A stretch of 64,000 nucleotides of DNA from Candidatus Aenigmatarchaeota archaeon (GTDB lineage: Archaea; Aenigmatarchaeota; Aenigmatarchaeia; PWEA01; JACQIF01), in contig CP066684.1 of the NCBI GenBank assembly GCA_016432325.1, positions 192,001-256,000 of the forward strand, in the 5' to 3' direction. The notes beneath the pieces are model-generated. The model had not been told where the DNA came from, searched no databases, and worked only from the letters and a program-made list of their open reading frames with translations. Of this stretch, positions 46,210-55,147 are shown piece after piece; position 1 is the stretch's first letter, and the number at the start of each line of letters is the position of its first letter. The position numbers and the translations under genes were made by a program.

Positions 46210-47304
46210 ATGCGCAAGACCCTCGCCAAGTTCTCGGTGGAATATCTCCAGATTCTCGACGAGAACGGACGCGCAGACGAGACGCTGATGCCTGTTCTGG
46301 GCGACGCGCGCGTGCGCGAGTTCTACGAGCAGATGGTCCGCGGACGAGTCTTCGATGAAACCGCGCTCGCGTTACAGCGCGAAGGGCGCATGGGAACGTA
46401 CGCTTCCATACGCGGACAGGAAGCTTCGAACGTCGGGCCCGCGCTCGCGATGGACAAGGAAGACTGGCTGTTCCCGGCTTTCCGCGAAGACGCTTCTATG
46501 GTAGCCCGCGGCGTGTCAATGGAAGCGTTGCTGCGCTACTGGGGCTGGGACGAGCGCGGCAATGACGTACGAGACGTCAACGTCTTCCCCGTGGCCGTTC
46601 CTGTCTCCACGCAGATACCGCACGCCGCGGGCTTCGCGTGGGCGATGAAACTCCGGAAGAAGCGCGTCGCGACGCTCGTCTACTTCGGAGACGGAGCCAC
46701 GAGCAAAGGCGACTTCGCCGAGGCGCTCAATCTTGCAGGTGTTTTCAATCTTCCTGTGGTATTCGTCTGTCAGAACAACCAATGGGCCATTTCCGTGCCG
46801 CGTGCCAAACAGTCGGCGGCCGAAACGCTGGCGCAGAAAGCAATAGCATACGGTTTTCCCGGAATCCAAGTCGACGGCAACGACGTCTTCGCGACGTACG
46901 TCGCAACCAAAGAGGCCATAAGACGCGCAAAAGAAGGCAACGGACCCACGCTGATAGAGTGTTTCACTTACCGAATGTCGGACCACACGACCGCGGACGA
47001 CGCCAAAAAATACCGGGACGCGAAACAGGTCGCGGAGTGGGAGAAGAAGGACCCCATAAAAAGGCTCCAACTCTACATGAAAGCGAAGGGTCTGTGGAGC
47101 GAAAGCTACGAGCGCGCTCTGCGAGAACAGACGCGCAAGGAAGTGGACGAGGCCGTCAAAAAGTACGAATCGATGCCTCCTGCGCAAATCGAGGATATGT
47201 TCCGATACACGTATGCGGAGATGACGCCGCAGCTTAAGGAACAGCTGGGCTATCTCAAGAAGAGCATCGAAGAGACGAAGAGTACGGGTGGTGCCAATCG
47301 CTAA
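46210..47304 (+). CDS. pdhA: 2-oxoacid (pyruvate) dehydrogenase E1 alpha
   Basis: GQEA, GDGATS...NN TPP motif, HTTADD. Confidence 0.93.
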   Translation: MRKTLAKFSVEYLQILDENGRADETLMPVLGDARVREFYEQMVRGRVFDETALALQREGRMGTYASIRGQEASNVGPALAMDKEDWLFPAFREDASMVARGVSMEALLRYWGWDERGNDVRDVNVFPVAVPVSTQIPHAAGFAWAMKLRKKRVATLVYFGDGATSKGDFAEALNLAGVFNLPVVFVCQNNQWAISVPRAKQSAAETLAQKAIAYGFPGIQVDGNDVFATYVATKEAIRRAKEGNGPTLIECFTYRMSDHTTADDAKKYRDAKQVAEWEKKDPIKRLQLYMKAKGLWSESYERALREQTRKEVDEAVKKYESMPPAQIEDMFRYTYAEMTPQLKEQLGYLKKSIEETKSTGGANR

Positions 47305-48265
47305 ACTCACCATTGTCGAGGCAATCAACGCCGCGCTCAGGCAGGAGATGGAGCGCGACGCAAGCGTGGTCGTACTGGGCGAAGACGTGGGCCGAGATGG
47401 AGGCGTCTTCCGCGCCACAGACGGCCTCTGGGAGAAGTTCGGGGACGAGCGCGTAATCGATACGCCCTTGGCCGAGACGGGAATAATAGGCGCTTCGATA
47501 GGTCTCGCGTTGGGCGGCCTGAAGCCCGTGTGCGAAGCGCAGTTCGATGGGTTCGCTACTCCGATGCTCGACCAACTGATAAACCATGCGTCGCGCATCC
47601 GCTGGCGTTCGCGAGGCCGTTTCTCCTGCCCGCTCGTGTTGCGATTCCCGTACGGCGGAGGCATCCGTGCGTTAGAACACCATTCGGACTCGCCGGAAAC
47701 GTACTACGCGCATACACCGGGCCTGAAGGTCGTCGTTCCGTCAGGTCCTTACGACGCGAAGGGGTTGCTCGCTTCTGCTATACGCGACCCGGATCCAGTG
47801 ATATTCATGGAACCAAAGCGCGTCTATCGGGCAATACGCGAGGAGGTTCCTGAAGAAGAGTATACTGTACCGTTGGGACAAGCGCGCGTACTGCAAGAGG
47901 GCTCTGACGTAACGGTCATCGCGTGGGGCGCAATGGTTCGCGAGTGCAGAGAGGCTCTGGCGCTGACGTCTTACAGCATTGAGCTCATCGATCTGCGCAC
48001 GCTCTCGCCGATGGACACCAAGACGCTCGTTGAGTCCGTTAAGAAAACGGGACGCGCTGTTATCGTACAAGAAGCACCCCGCAACTGCAGCGTCTCTGCA
48101 GAAGTCGCGGCCGTGTTGAGCCGTGAGGCCTTCACGTCTCTGCGCGCGCCGATAAAACGCGTGACGGGTTTTGACACGGTGATACCCTATCCACGCATGG
48201 AAAACTATTATATTGCGGACGAGAAAAGGATTGCGAAGGAGATAGATAAAGTGATGAAATACTAG
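47288..48265 (+). CDS. pdhB: 2-oxoacid dehydrogenase E1 beta
   Basis: GEDVG..GGVFRAT, DTPLAE, EHHS. Confidence 0.93.
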   Translation: MVPIAKLTIVEAINAALRQEMERDASVVVLGEDVGRDGGVFRATDGLWEKFGDERVIDTPLAETGIIGASIGLALGGLKPVCEAQFDGFATPMLDQLINHASRIRWRSRGRFSCPLVLRFPYGGGIRALEHHSDSPETYYAHTPGLKVVVPSGPYDAKGLLASAIRDPDPVIFMEPKRVYRAIREEVPEEEYTVPLGQARVLQEGSDVTVIAWGAMVRECREALALTSYSIELIDLRTLSPMDTKTLVESVKKTGRAVIVQEAPRNCSVSAEVAAVLSREAFTSLRAPIKRVTGFDTVIPYPRMENYYIADEKRIAKEIDKVMKY

Positions 48266-48273
48266 GTGTGGTT

Positions 48274-49593
48274 GTGGCGTACGAATTCAAATTTCCTGAC
48301 GTGGGCGAAGGCATTCACGAGGGCGAGCTAGTCAAGTGGCGCGTAAGCGAGGGCGCGCACGTGAACGAACACGACATAATCGCCGAGGTGGAAACGGACA
48401 AGGCCGTCGTGGAAGTTCCTTCTCCGCGTGCGGGCGTCATCGCAAAACTCAACTTCAAAGTCGGTGATACAATCAACGTTGGCGACGTGATGGTCGTCAT
48501 CGCAGAGGAAGGCGACGCGCCTGTCGCAAGACCGGCGCTGACGCCAACAGCGTCATGTTCCGTATGCGGGCGTACGTTCATCACGCGCGAGCAGTTGGAC
48601 GCGCACGTCAAGGAACGCCACGCCTCAGGAGAGAGGAAAGGCGGAGCGTTTGCCGTCGGCGAACTCGAGGAAGCTCCTGCCGAAGAGACGCGTGCCGCAG
48701 CGCCAAAGGCCGTTCCTTCCGGACCTCACGTGTTCGCCACTCCGGCGGTGCGCGCTCTCGCAAAAGAACTGGGAGTCGATATCGAACGCGTCGATGGTAC
48801 AGGTCCTGACGGGCGCGTCACGGAAGAAGATCTTCGGAAAGCCAAGGAGAGCGGTCCACGAGAAACGGCGGCCGGCCCGCGCGTGCAGTTCGAGAAGTAC
48901 GGACGCGTGCTGCGCGTGCAGATGAGCGCGACGCGCCGCGCGATAGCGCGCCACATGCTCGAAGCGTACGCGGCTCCGCATGTCGTGACAATGGACGACG
49001 CGGACGTCACAGCGCTGTGGGACGTGCGTGCAAAAGAAAAGCAGAAAGCCGAAGAGAAAGGCGTCAAGCTGACGTTCATGCCCTTCATAGTAAAGGCCTG
49101 TCTGGCCGCGCTCAAGAAGCATCCGCACTTCAACGCGTCTCTGGACGGCGATGAAATAGTGTTCAAGAAATACTACAACATGGGAATAGCGGTTCATACT
49201 AACGATGGTTTGATGGTTCCTGTAGTGAAAGACGTCGACAAGAAGACGGTGCTGGAAATCGCGAAAGAGATAGAGGAACTCGCGGAGCGTGCGAGAACGC
49301 GAACGATAACGCTCGAGGAGATGAAGGGCCAGTCGTTCACATTGACGAACTACGGCTCGATAGGCGGAACGTACGGCGTGCCGATGATAAACTCACCGGA
49401 TGTCGCGATACTCGGCATCGGGAGAATAGATGACAGGCCTGTGGCGCGCGACGGAAAGATAGAAGTACGCAAGATACTCCCGCTTTCACTATCGTTCGAC
49501 CATCGCGTAGTGGACGGCGCGCAGGCCGCATATTTCCTGCAGGAAATCATAGCGCATCTGGAGGATCCGAACCTGCTGATGATAGACGAATGA
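48274..49593 (+). CDS. pdhC: dihydrolipoamide acyltransferase E2 with inserted C2H2 zinc finger
   Basis: ETDKA lipoyl site, ATPAVR...GTGPDGRV PSBD, DHRVVDG. Confidence 0.93.
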   Translation: MAYEFKFPDVGEGIHEGELVKWRVSEGAHVNEHDIIAEVETDKAVVEVPSPRAGVIAKLNFKVGDTINVGDVMVVIAEEGDAPVARPALTPTASCSVCGRTFITREQLDAHVKERHASGERKGGAFAVGELEEAPAEETRAAAPKAVPSGPHVFATPAVRALAKELGVDIERVDGTGPDGRVTEEDLRKAKESGPRETAAGPRVQFEKYGRVLRVQMSATRRAIARHMLEAYAAPHVVTMDDADVTALWDVRAKEKQKAEEKGVKLTFMPFIVKACLAALKKHPHFNASLDGDEIVFKKYYNMGIAVHTNDGLMVPVVKDVDKKTVLEIAKEIEELAERARTRTITLEEMKGQSFTLTNYGSIGGTYGVPMINSPDVAILGIGRIDDRPVARDGKIEVRKILPLSLSFDHRVVDGAQAAYFLQEIIAHLEDPNLLMIDE

Positions 49594-50323
49594 GTTCTTT
49601 CGCAGAGATCGTTTGTGTTTCTACTCCAAAGACTTTCGCATAGCTTTCGGCAGCGCGTGCTTTGACGCCGTCCATCTCTATTTCATCGTCCGTTATTATT
49701 GAAAGGCTTGTCGCGCCTCCGAACTTGGAGGCTATCTCCAGCGCCAGCGCGTCGGGTTTCTTGCCCAGCCGCTCCGCAGGCGTGCCTTCCTTTCTGAAGC
49801 CGCACGCGTCAATCCAGTCGTACGCCGTTAGCTCGTTGCTGACGTCCAAATCGAAACCGTGCATAGAGACAGGCACCGCGCCTCCTGAAACGTAGACGCC
49901 CCGCGCCCCGAATTTGTAGTATTTCCCGTCGCGCCAGTACCAAAGTCCCCTGTACTTTATCACGTTTGTCTTCGCGTACGATATTGCGGTCTTATAAATC
50001 GTCTCCTCGAGGCCGATGATGTGCGCCTTCAAATCATCCACGAAACGTATGGAATAGCCGACGAGCTGGCCAGGCGCATGCACGGTAGGATAACCGCCGC
50101 GCTCGACCTCCCTGTAGACCGCGCCGCGTTTCTCCATCTCTCCCGGCGGTATTCTGAGCATGGAAGGGTCCGTGCGCTTTCCTGACGTAATGACCAGCGG
50201 ATGCTCGAGAAGGAGAAGAACGTCTTCTATCAGGCCGCGCTGCCTCATCGCAACGAGGCGCTTCTGCAACTCCCAGGCTGTGTCATAGTCTATGATTCCA
50301 AGGTCCGCAACGAGAACGGTCAA
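49547..50323 (-). CDS. lipB: lipoyl(octanoyl) transferase LipB-like
   Basis: LLLEHP, ERGG..T.H.PGQLVGY, K.GARG, HGF, ACG; TTG start inferred. Confidence 0.85.
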   Translation of the reverse strand: MTVLVADLGIIDYDTAWELQKRLVAMRQRGLIEDVLLLLEHPLVITSGKRTDPSMLRIPPGEMEKRGAVYREVERGGYPTVHAPGQLVGYSIRFVDDLKAHIIGLEETIYKTAISYAKTNVIKYRGLWYWRDGKYYKFGARGVYVSGGAVPVSMHGFDLDVSNELTAYDWIDACGFRKEGTPAERLGKKPDALALEIASKFGGATSLSIITDDEIEMDGVKARAAESYAKVFGVETQTISAKELIRLSSAGSDPPDAL

Positions 50324-50384
50324 GGCGTGTCCCGATATACTATGCAGAAATGGCTTATTAAGGTTTGCCGGGCCATTCGCACGC

Positions 50385-51170
50385 ATGCCTTTGGTAGATA
50401 CGGAACAGCTGATGGAGTCGACGTACAGACAGATGGAGCTCTCGACCGAACGCATGCGCGAGAATTTGAAAGGCGTGCGTATAGTGGGCGTACACTCAGG
50501 CAAAGGCGGGGTCGGCAAGACGACGGTGGCTATAAACGTCGCGGTCCTTCTCGCGAAAAACAAACGCGTTGGCCTGCTCGATGCCGACATAGACTGTCCT
50601 AACGTGCCGAAGATGCTCGGAATAACAGGAACGCTCGCGACTGAAAACGGCCTCATACAGCCCGCCGAGAAGCACGGTATTAAGGTCGTTTCCACCGCGC
50701 TGATGCGCGCAGACGATACGAAACCTTTCATAATGCGCGGGCCGATGAAACATCACATTCTGATGCAGCTTCTCGCGCGCACAAACTGGGGGCCTCTCGA
50801 CGTTCTGGTAATAGACCTGCCGCCGGGCACGTCAGACGTTCCGCTCTCTGTGATGCAGCTGGTGCGCCCGGACGGCATCGTATGCGTCACGACCCCGCAG
50901 GATGTGGCTGTTCTTGACGCCAAGAAATCAATAAACATGGCCCGTTCGCTCGGCGTCCGCGTGCTCGGCATCGTGGAGAACATGTCAGGCGATGTGTTCG
51001 GCGCTGGCGGAGGCGAGCGCGCCGCGCGCGAGCTGGGCGTCACTTATATCGGTTCGGTCGCGTTGAACGGCGACATAGTAAAAGCATCCGAAAACGGAGC
51101 GCCTGCCGTGGAAGCGTCGCCGAAGGTCAGAAACGACTTCGAGAGAATTCTGGAAGCCGCGGCTCTCTGA
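50385..51170 (+). CDS. Mrp/NBP35/ApbC Fe-S carrier ATPase
   Basis: SGKGGVGKT, DADI, DLPPGTSD, VTTPQ, ENMS. Confidence 0.9.
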   Translation: MPLVDTEQLMESTYRQMELSTERMRENLKGVRIVGVHSGKGGVGKTTVAINVAVLLAKNKRVGLLDADIDCPNVPKMLGITGTLATENGLIQPAEKHGIKVVSTALMRADDTKPFIMRGPMKHHILMQLLARTNWGPLDVLVIDLPPGTSDVPLSVMQLVRPDGIVCVTTPQDVAVLDAKKSINMARSLGVRVLGIVENMSGDVFGAGGGERAARELGVTYIGSVALNGDIVKASENGAPAVEASPKVRNDFERILEAAAL

Positions 51171-51182
51171 CCGCGTTTGACA

Positions 51183-51458
51183 CTAAGGAGCGAGAACCTG
51201 CCCTGTCTGCAAGTCGATGACCTTGATTACGTTAACGGGGCACGCCTGCGCGCCTGCCACTAGATTCTTCGGATCGTCAAGCTCCACCTCGACTGCCCAT
51301 ATCTCGTCCTGACCGTCCTTCTCTTCCTGTATCTTCTTCCCGTTCACCAAGTCGGCCTTGTTGTCGTCGTTCATCGTCCAGTTGTCACTGTCTATCGAGA
51401 CGCAGGAGAACGCTCCTATGCACTTGTTGCGGGTGTATTCGATTCTGTATCTGCCCAT
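51183..51458 (-). CDS. ferredoxin (CxxAxxC...CP, probably [3Fe-4S])
   Basis: CIGAFSC and ACPVNVI. Confidence 0.85.
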   Translation of the reverse strand: MGRYRIEYTRNKCIGAFSCVSIDSDNWTMNDDNKADLVNGKKIQEEKDGQDEIWAVEVELDDPKNLVAGAQACPVNVIKVIDLQTGQVLAP

Positions 51459-51525
51459 GTGCTTCTGCTCCGCAAGAACGGATAAAAAGCTTTTGTTTCG
51501 GTCATTTACGGCAGGTGTGCGAGAA

Positions 51526-51780
51526 TCAAATCTTCTTCACGCCGTCAACGAACACGTGTATCGCGTTGACGGGACACGCCTCTGCGGCCGCCAGTATGGT
51601 TTTTAACGCGTTTTCGTCCATGTCGCTCTCCCATGACCACTTCTCCGGACGCGCCTGCGCGGAGCCGATTATGTGCGCCTTGCCGTCCTCCAACAACTCG
51701 AAGTGCTGCGGGTCCGCGGCCATGCAGGCGTTCGTACCCACGCAGACGTCGTGCTCGTACTCTATGCGAACCTTCATCAC
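51526..51780 (-). CDS. ferredoxin (CxxTxxC...CP, probably [3Fe-4S])
   Basis: CVGTNAC and ACPVNAI. Confidence 0.85.
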   Translation of the reverse strand: MMKVRIEYEHDVCVGTNACMAADPQHFELLEDGKAHIIGSAQARPEKWSWESDMDENALKTILAAAEACPVNAIHVFVDGVKKI

Positions 51781-52211
51781 GTCAACTCGTCTATCTTTTT
51801 CAAAATGTCTGCGCCGTGGCCTTCTGCACGTACGGCGGGGTCCGCGTATACTACGATACCGTCCGCTATTATGTACGTCACGCGCTTCGCGGACGGAACG
51901 GCAGGAACATCGAACGCCTTGCAGATCGCTCGGTCTTTGTCGACTAGCAGAGGGAAGTTAAGGCTGTATTTCAGGGCGAACGTCTGGTGCGATTCGACGC
52001 TGTCCGTAGAAACGCCGAAAACGCGCACGCCGCGGTCTATGAACTCCGGGAGGCTGTCGCGGAATGAGCACGCTTCCTTGGTGCAGCCCGGGGTGTCGTC
52101 CTTGGGGTAAAAGTACAGGACGGTGACGCCCTGGAAGTCGAGTTTGTGCGTACGGCCGTCTTGGCTTGGCGCTTCCATCGGTTCCACCTTCGCTCCGACA
52201 TGGAGGACCAT
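51777..52211 (-). CDS. bcp: peroxiredoxin BCP/PrxQ
   Basis: FYPKDDTPGCTKEAC. Confidence 0.92.
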   Translation of the reverse strand: MVLHVGAKVEPMEAPSQDGRTHKLDFQGVTVLYFYPKDDTPGCTKEACSFRDSLPEFIDRGVRVFGVSTDSVESHQTFALKYSLNFPLLVDKDRAICKAFDVPAVPSAKRVTYIIADGIVVYADPAVRAEGHGADILKKIDELT

Positions 52212-52261
52212 GCGTAAACATCGTTCGCGTGGTATTTATTAGCTCCATGCTAAATACGGCC

Positions 52262-52672
52262 ATGCGCAGTTTTGCGATATTCGCGGCGATGCTGCTGGCG
52301 ATGCCGGCGCTCGTGTATGCGGCGAATCCCTCGGCCCTCTTCGGAGGGGAGGTAGGCCAGAAACTTCCGTCTCCGTTGGATCAGCTCTTCGGCAACGAGA
52401 GGTCGAACGTCTATGTGACCGAGACGGACATAGTAGTCGGCGTGGTGACGAAAGACGCAAAGGTCGCCGCGATAGAGGAAGGCGGCGTGGAAAACCCGAC
52501 CGTGAACGTCTTCGTCTCGCAAGAAACGCTTGACGGGTTGGTCTCAGGCGAACTTACGTACAAGGAGGCCGTTTCAAAGGGCCTCATAAAGATCCAGGGA
52601 GTCGGGCTGTTGAACTCGACGAAGTTCATGGTCCTGGAGTTTGTTGCAAAGATTCTGCTCATCTTCTCCTGA
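52262..52672 (+). CDS. secreted SCP2-like domain protein
   Basis: Signal peptide; G...AV.KG.IKIQG pattern. Confidence 0.5.
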   Translation: MRSFAIFAAMLLAMPALVYAANPSALFGGEVGQKLPSPLDQLFGNERSNVYVTETDIVVGVVTKDAKVAAIEEGGVENPTVNVFVSQETLDGLVSGELTYKEAVSKGLIKIQGVGLLNSTKFMVLEFVAKILLIFS

Positions 52673-53345
52673 AGCCGTGATCGTCCAGGGGCTTGAGATA
52701 GGCGTGATAGACGTAGTGCGCGATGAGCAGGAGTGCGGCCACGACGGCTATGCCCAGATAGATGTTCTCCCTGAACGCCGTTATCACTCCGGACGCCGCG
52801 TAGGCGTAACCGAATGAACTTATCGTGGCTCCTATGGCGATTGCCGTAACGGTCTTGTTGGATTCGAGTCCGAGAATCCTGCCGAATACTGCGGCCGTTA
52901 TGGAACCTCCGGGCTGTATAGGCAACGCCATGAAAAGAGCGATGCCCGTGTACGCAAGCTCACGAACCCATACCCTGTGCTTCAGCAGGTCCGACGTCTT
53001 CAAGGCAAGCGACTTCAAGAGCGGGCCGACCAAAGGTATCTTCAACAGGAGGTTCCAGTTCCACGCGAAGAACAGGCCGATGATGACGTCTATGAGCGCT
53101 ATGTAAGACGCGATGACGAAAGGATCGAAATCAAGCGCCACTGCAAGAGGTATTATGGAACCCTTGCCAAGAGGCGTAAGTACGTATGCTCCTACGAGGC
53201 CGAGGAACTCTGTCGACCTGTCGCCCAGAAGAAACAGCGCCGAAATGATGTAGAAGGCCGTAAGAGCCCAAGGAAGAACGAAGAGCAACGCTTCTACGGC
53301 GGCCTGGTGCGATTTTTTTATTTTACCGACAATCGGGAGATGCAT
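52659..53345 (-). CDS. small multi-drug export family-like membrane protein
   Basis: IPLAV, LFMALP..PGG..TAA..G.ILG. Confidence 0.6.
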   Translation of the reverse strand: MHLPIVGKIKKSHQAAVEALLFVLPWALTAFYIISALFLLGDRSTEFLGLVGAYVLTPLGKGSIIPLAVALDFDPFVIASYIALIDVIIGLFFAWNWNLLLKIPLVGPLLKSLALKTSDLLKHRVWVRELAYTGIALFMALPIQPGGSITAAVFGRILGLESNKTVTAIAIGATISSFGYAYAASGVITAFRENIYLGIAVVAALLLIAHYVYHAYLKPLDDHGFRRR

Positions 53346-53378
53346 GCCTCTAATTCCGCGAGGCCGTATAAAAATGCT

Positions 53379-53591
53379 CTAACGCAGCGTTTCGAGCAGC
53401 TTCATTATCTTTTCCCAGTTGCTCAGTCCCCTGTCTCTCGTCACTATCGTGCGTCCCTCTTTCTTCGCGAGAGCGACGATTTCGTCATCAGAGAGATCGA
53501 GGCTCTTCGAATAAACCGTGTCGTAACCGATCATGCGCAGCCAGCGCACGAGACTGCCGAGCATGTCGTCTGCAAGGAATCTTTTCTTCAT
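53379..53591 (-). CDS. short Mut7-C/DUF5615-type PIN-like protein, possibly truncated
   Basis: FLADDMLGSLVRWLRMIGYD, D.EI...A..EGR.IVTRD; ends at 70 aa. Confidence 0.7.
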   Translation of the reverse strand: MKKRFLADDMLGSLVRWLRMIGYDTVYSKSLDLSDDEIVALAKKEGRTIVTRDRGLSNWEKIMKLLETLR

Positions 53592-53596
53592 CGGAA

Positions 53597-54112
53597 TTAC
53601 TGGATAACAACGACCGTGCGTCCAACAACAGGACTCTTCTTCGATATGGCCAGCTCGTATGCGGGTTCCGCTCCAGCGTCTGCTCTGTACGGCAGCTGCA
53701 CGCGCACGTCCACGCTCAGATTGCCTCCAACAAGCTCCCCCACATTGAGGAAGCATTCTTCTCGATTGACCAGGGCACGATTTCTTGTATTCTTGTATCC
53801 GTCTGCGTGGGCGTAGTCGAAAAGCACGTGTGTTCCCGCATCTGCTAGATTGGTCAGCACGAGCCCGTCGCCTCTGGAGCGCAGCGATATGTGCTCGTCC
53901 TCTATGCCGAAGTGGCGGGCTATCGGCGGAAGTTTTAGCAGCGTGCCATTGACGCCTACCGTCGGCGCTGCGTTTCCAATACTTTCCAACGGAAGCTTCT
54001 TTTCCGCGCTGAAAGGGGGCGCCCGTCCAAGGTTCGCCGCTTTTATCTGATAGAAGATTCTTTCTGTATCCTGCAAGACTGTCATTTCCATCCCGCCTAT
54101 ATTGTCGCGCAT
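53597..54112 (-). CDS. hypothetical protein, possibly a degenerate FHA fold
   Basis: GIEDEHISL...LVLTNLADAGTHV. Confidence 0.4.
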   Translation of the reverse strand: MRDNIGGMEMTVLQDTERIFYQIKAANLGRAPPFSAEKKLPLESIGNAAPTVGVNGTLLKLPPIARHFGIEDEHISLRSRGDGLVLTNLADAGTHVLFDYAHADGYKNTRNRALVNREECFLNVGELVGGNLSVDVRVQLPYRADAGAEPAYELAISKKSPVVGRTVVVIQ

Positions 54113-54160
54113 ATCTTCTTAAAGCCGCTTTCAGGATATCGTACCATGCAAGAGACTCCC

Positions 54161-54631
54161 ATGAAGTTGCATCCGACGCGGCTGGCCTTCCTGAAATACT
54201 ATGCTGGCGCGGTCGTTGCTCTGATAGTGTGGTATGCGTTGTACGCCAACGTTCTGGGCCTCGAACGCTCTGTCATAGAACTCTACGGTCCATACGTCAT
54301 CCTTCTCGTTGTCGTTGCCTTTATACTGGTCGTCGCGGCTGAGGTTCACGTTCTGACAGACGCGTACGCGATAACGGATCGCGGGATGACGCAGCGCGTG
54401 GGCATTTTATCCATCAAGGAATCGTCCGTCACGTGGGACCGCGTCGCAGACGTGCAGATGCACCAGAGCTTTTTCGAGCGAATTCTGGGAATAGGAACGA
54501 TAGTTGTGCAGAGCTCCGGAGGCGATGAGGAGCCGGAGGTTCTGATGCGCTCGGTCGGAGGAGCGGTGCGCGTGAAGCAGACGATAGACGACAAGATACA
54601 TGAATCAAAGGCGCCGCGGCAGGCGGCATAA
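54161..54631 (+). CDS. bacterial-type PH domain (bPH_2) membrane protein
   Basis: Two TM segments; YAITD...GILS...V.DV...QS..ERILGIGTI. Confidence 0.8.
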   Translation: MKLHPTRLAFLKYYAGAVVALIVWYALYANVLGLERSVIELYGPYVILLVVVAFILVVAAEVHVLTDAYAITDRGMTQRVGILSIKESSVTWDRVADVQMHQSFFERILGIGTIVVQSSGGDEEPEVLMRSVGGAVRVKQTIDDKIHESKAPRQAA

Positions 54632-54704
54632 GCCCGACTCTTAACAGCAGTTTCAACGGTCTTCGAACAGCGATTCGAAGTTTTCGAACTTGGTTCGGAA
54701 ATCC

Positions 54705-54830
54705 TCTCGATGAAGTATGTGGTGTACCGAAACAAACCTTCGGTTTGAAAGGTCCTAGCTTAGAAATATGTGGTGGACCGAATGAAACTGCGGTTTCAAT
54801 AGTCATCTCGATGAAGTATTGGTGGACCAG
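54705..54830. repeat. two degenerate ~50-bp duplications of the tRNA-Ala 3' end, each with a hairpin
   Basis: TGGTG(G/T)ACC three times; TCTCGATGAAGTAT at 54705 and 54806; hairpins 54733-54747 and 54783-54798. Confidence 0.8.
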
Positions 54831-55018
54831 GCGCGATTGCCGTAGGGGTTCTAGGGTGCACGAAACGCGCTGCGTTTCGGCATACCGCGGTAGAGACCGC
54901 GTGCAGCGCAAATAACGCCACATGGGGTGCCCCTTTTTTGAACGCGCGACCTCCTGCATGCCATGCAGGCGTCATACCGTTGCGCTTTGAGCGCACTTCC
55001 GGGCTAGACTACTGGCCC
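54820..55018 (-). tRNA. tRNA-Ala(GGC) with two introns (D-loop ~54975-54996; T-loop ~54837-54936)
   Basis: Acceptor GGGCCAG/CTGGTCC with G3:U70, ACCA; CCTGC-AT-GGC-AT-GCAGG; T stem GCGCG/CGCGC. Confidence 0.9.
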
Positions 55019-55147
55019 TTCGGGTTTCCCTATGACATCGGATTACTTAAATGCACAGGGACAACGATAAGCGCCCGATGATGAGCCTTACGGGCGGACT
55101 GAGGGCTCTAACAGCGATTTATATTACTTGGGACAACTCTGTAAAGT

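Noticed and set aside
50292-50731. Extensive overlap of the lipB and mrp ORFs
   Set aside because: Over-extended starts; likely starts at 50323 and 50385 flank a shared AT-rich divergent promoter
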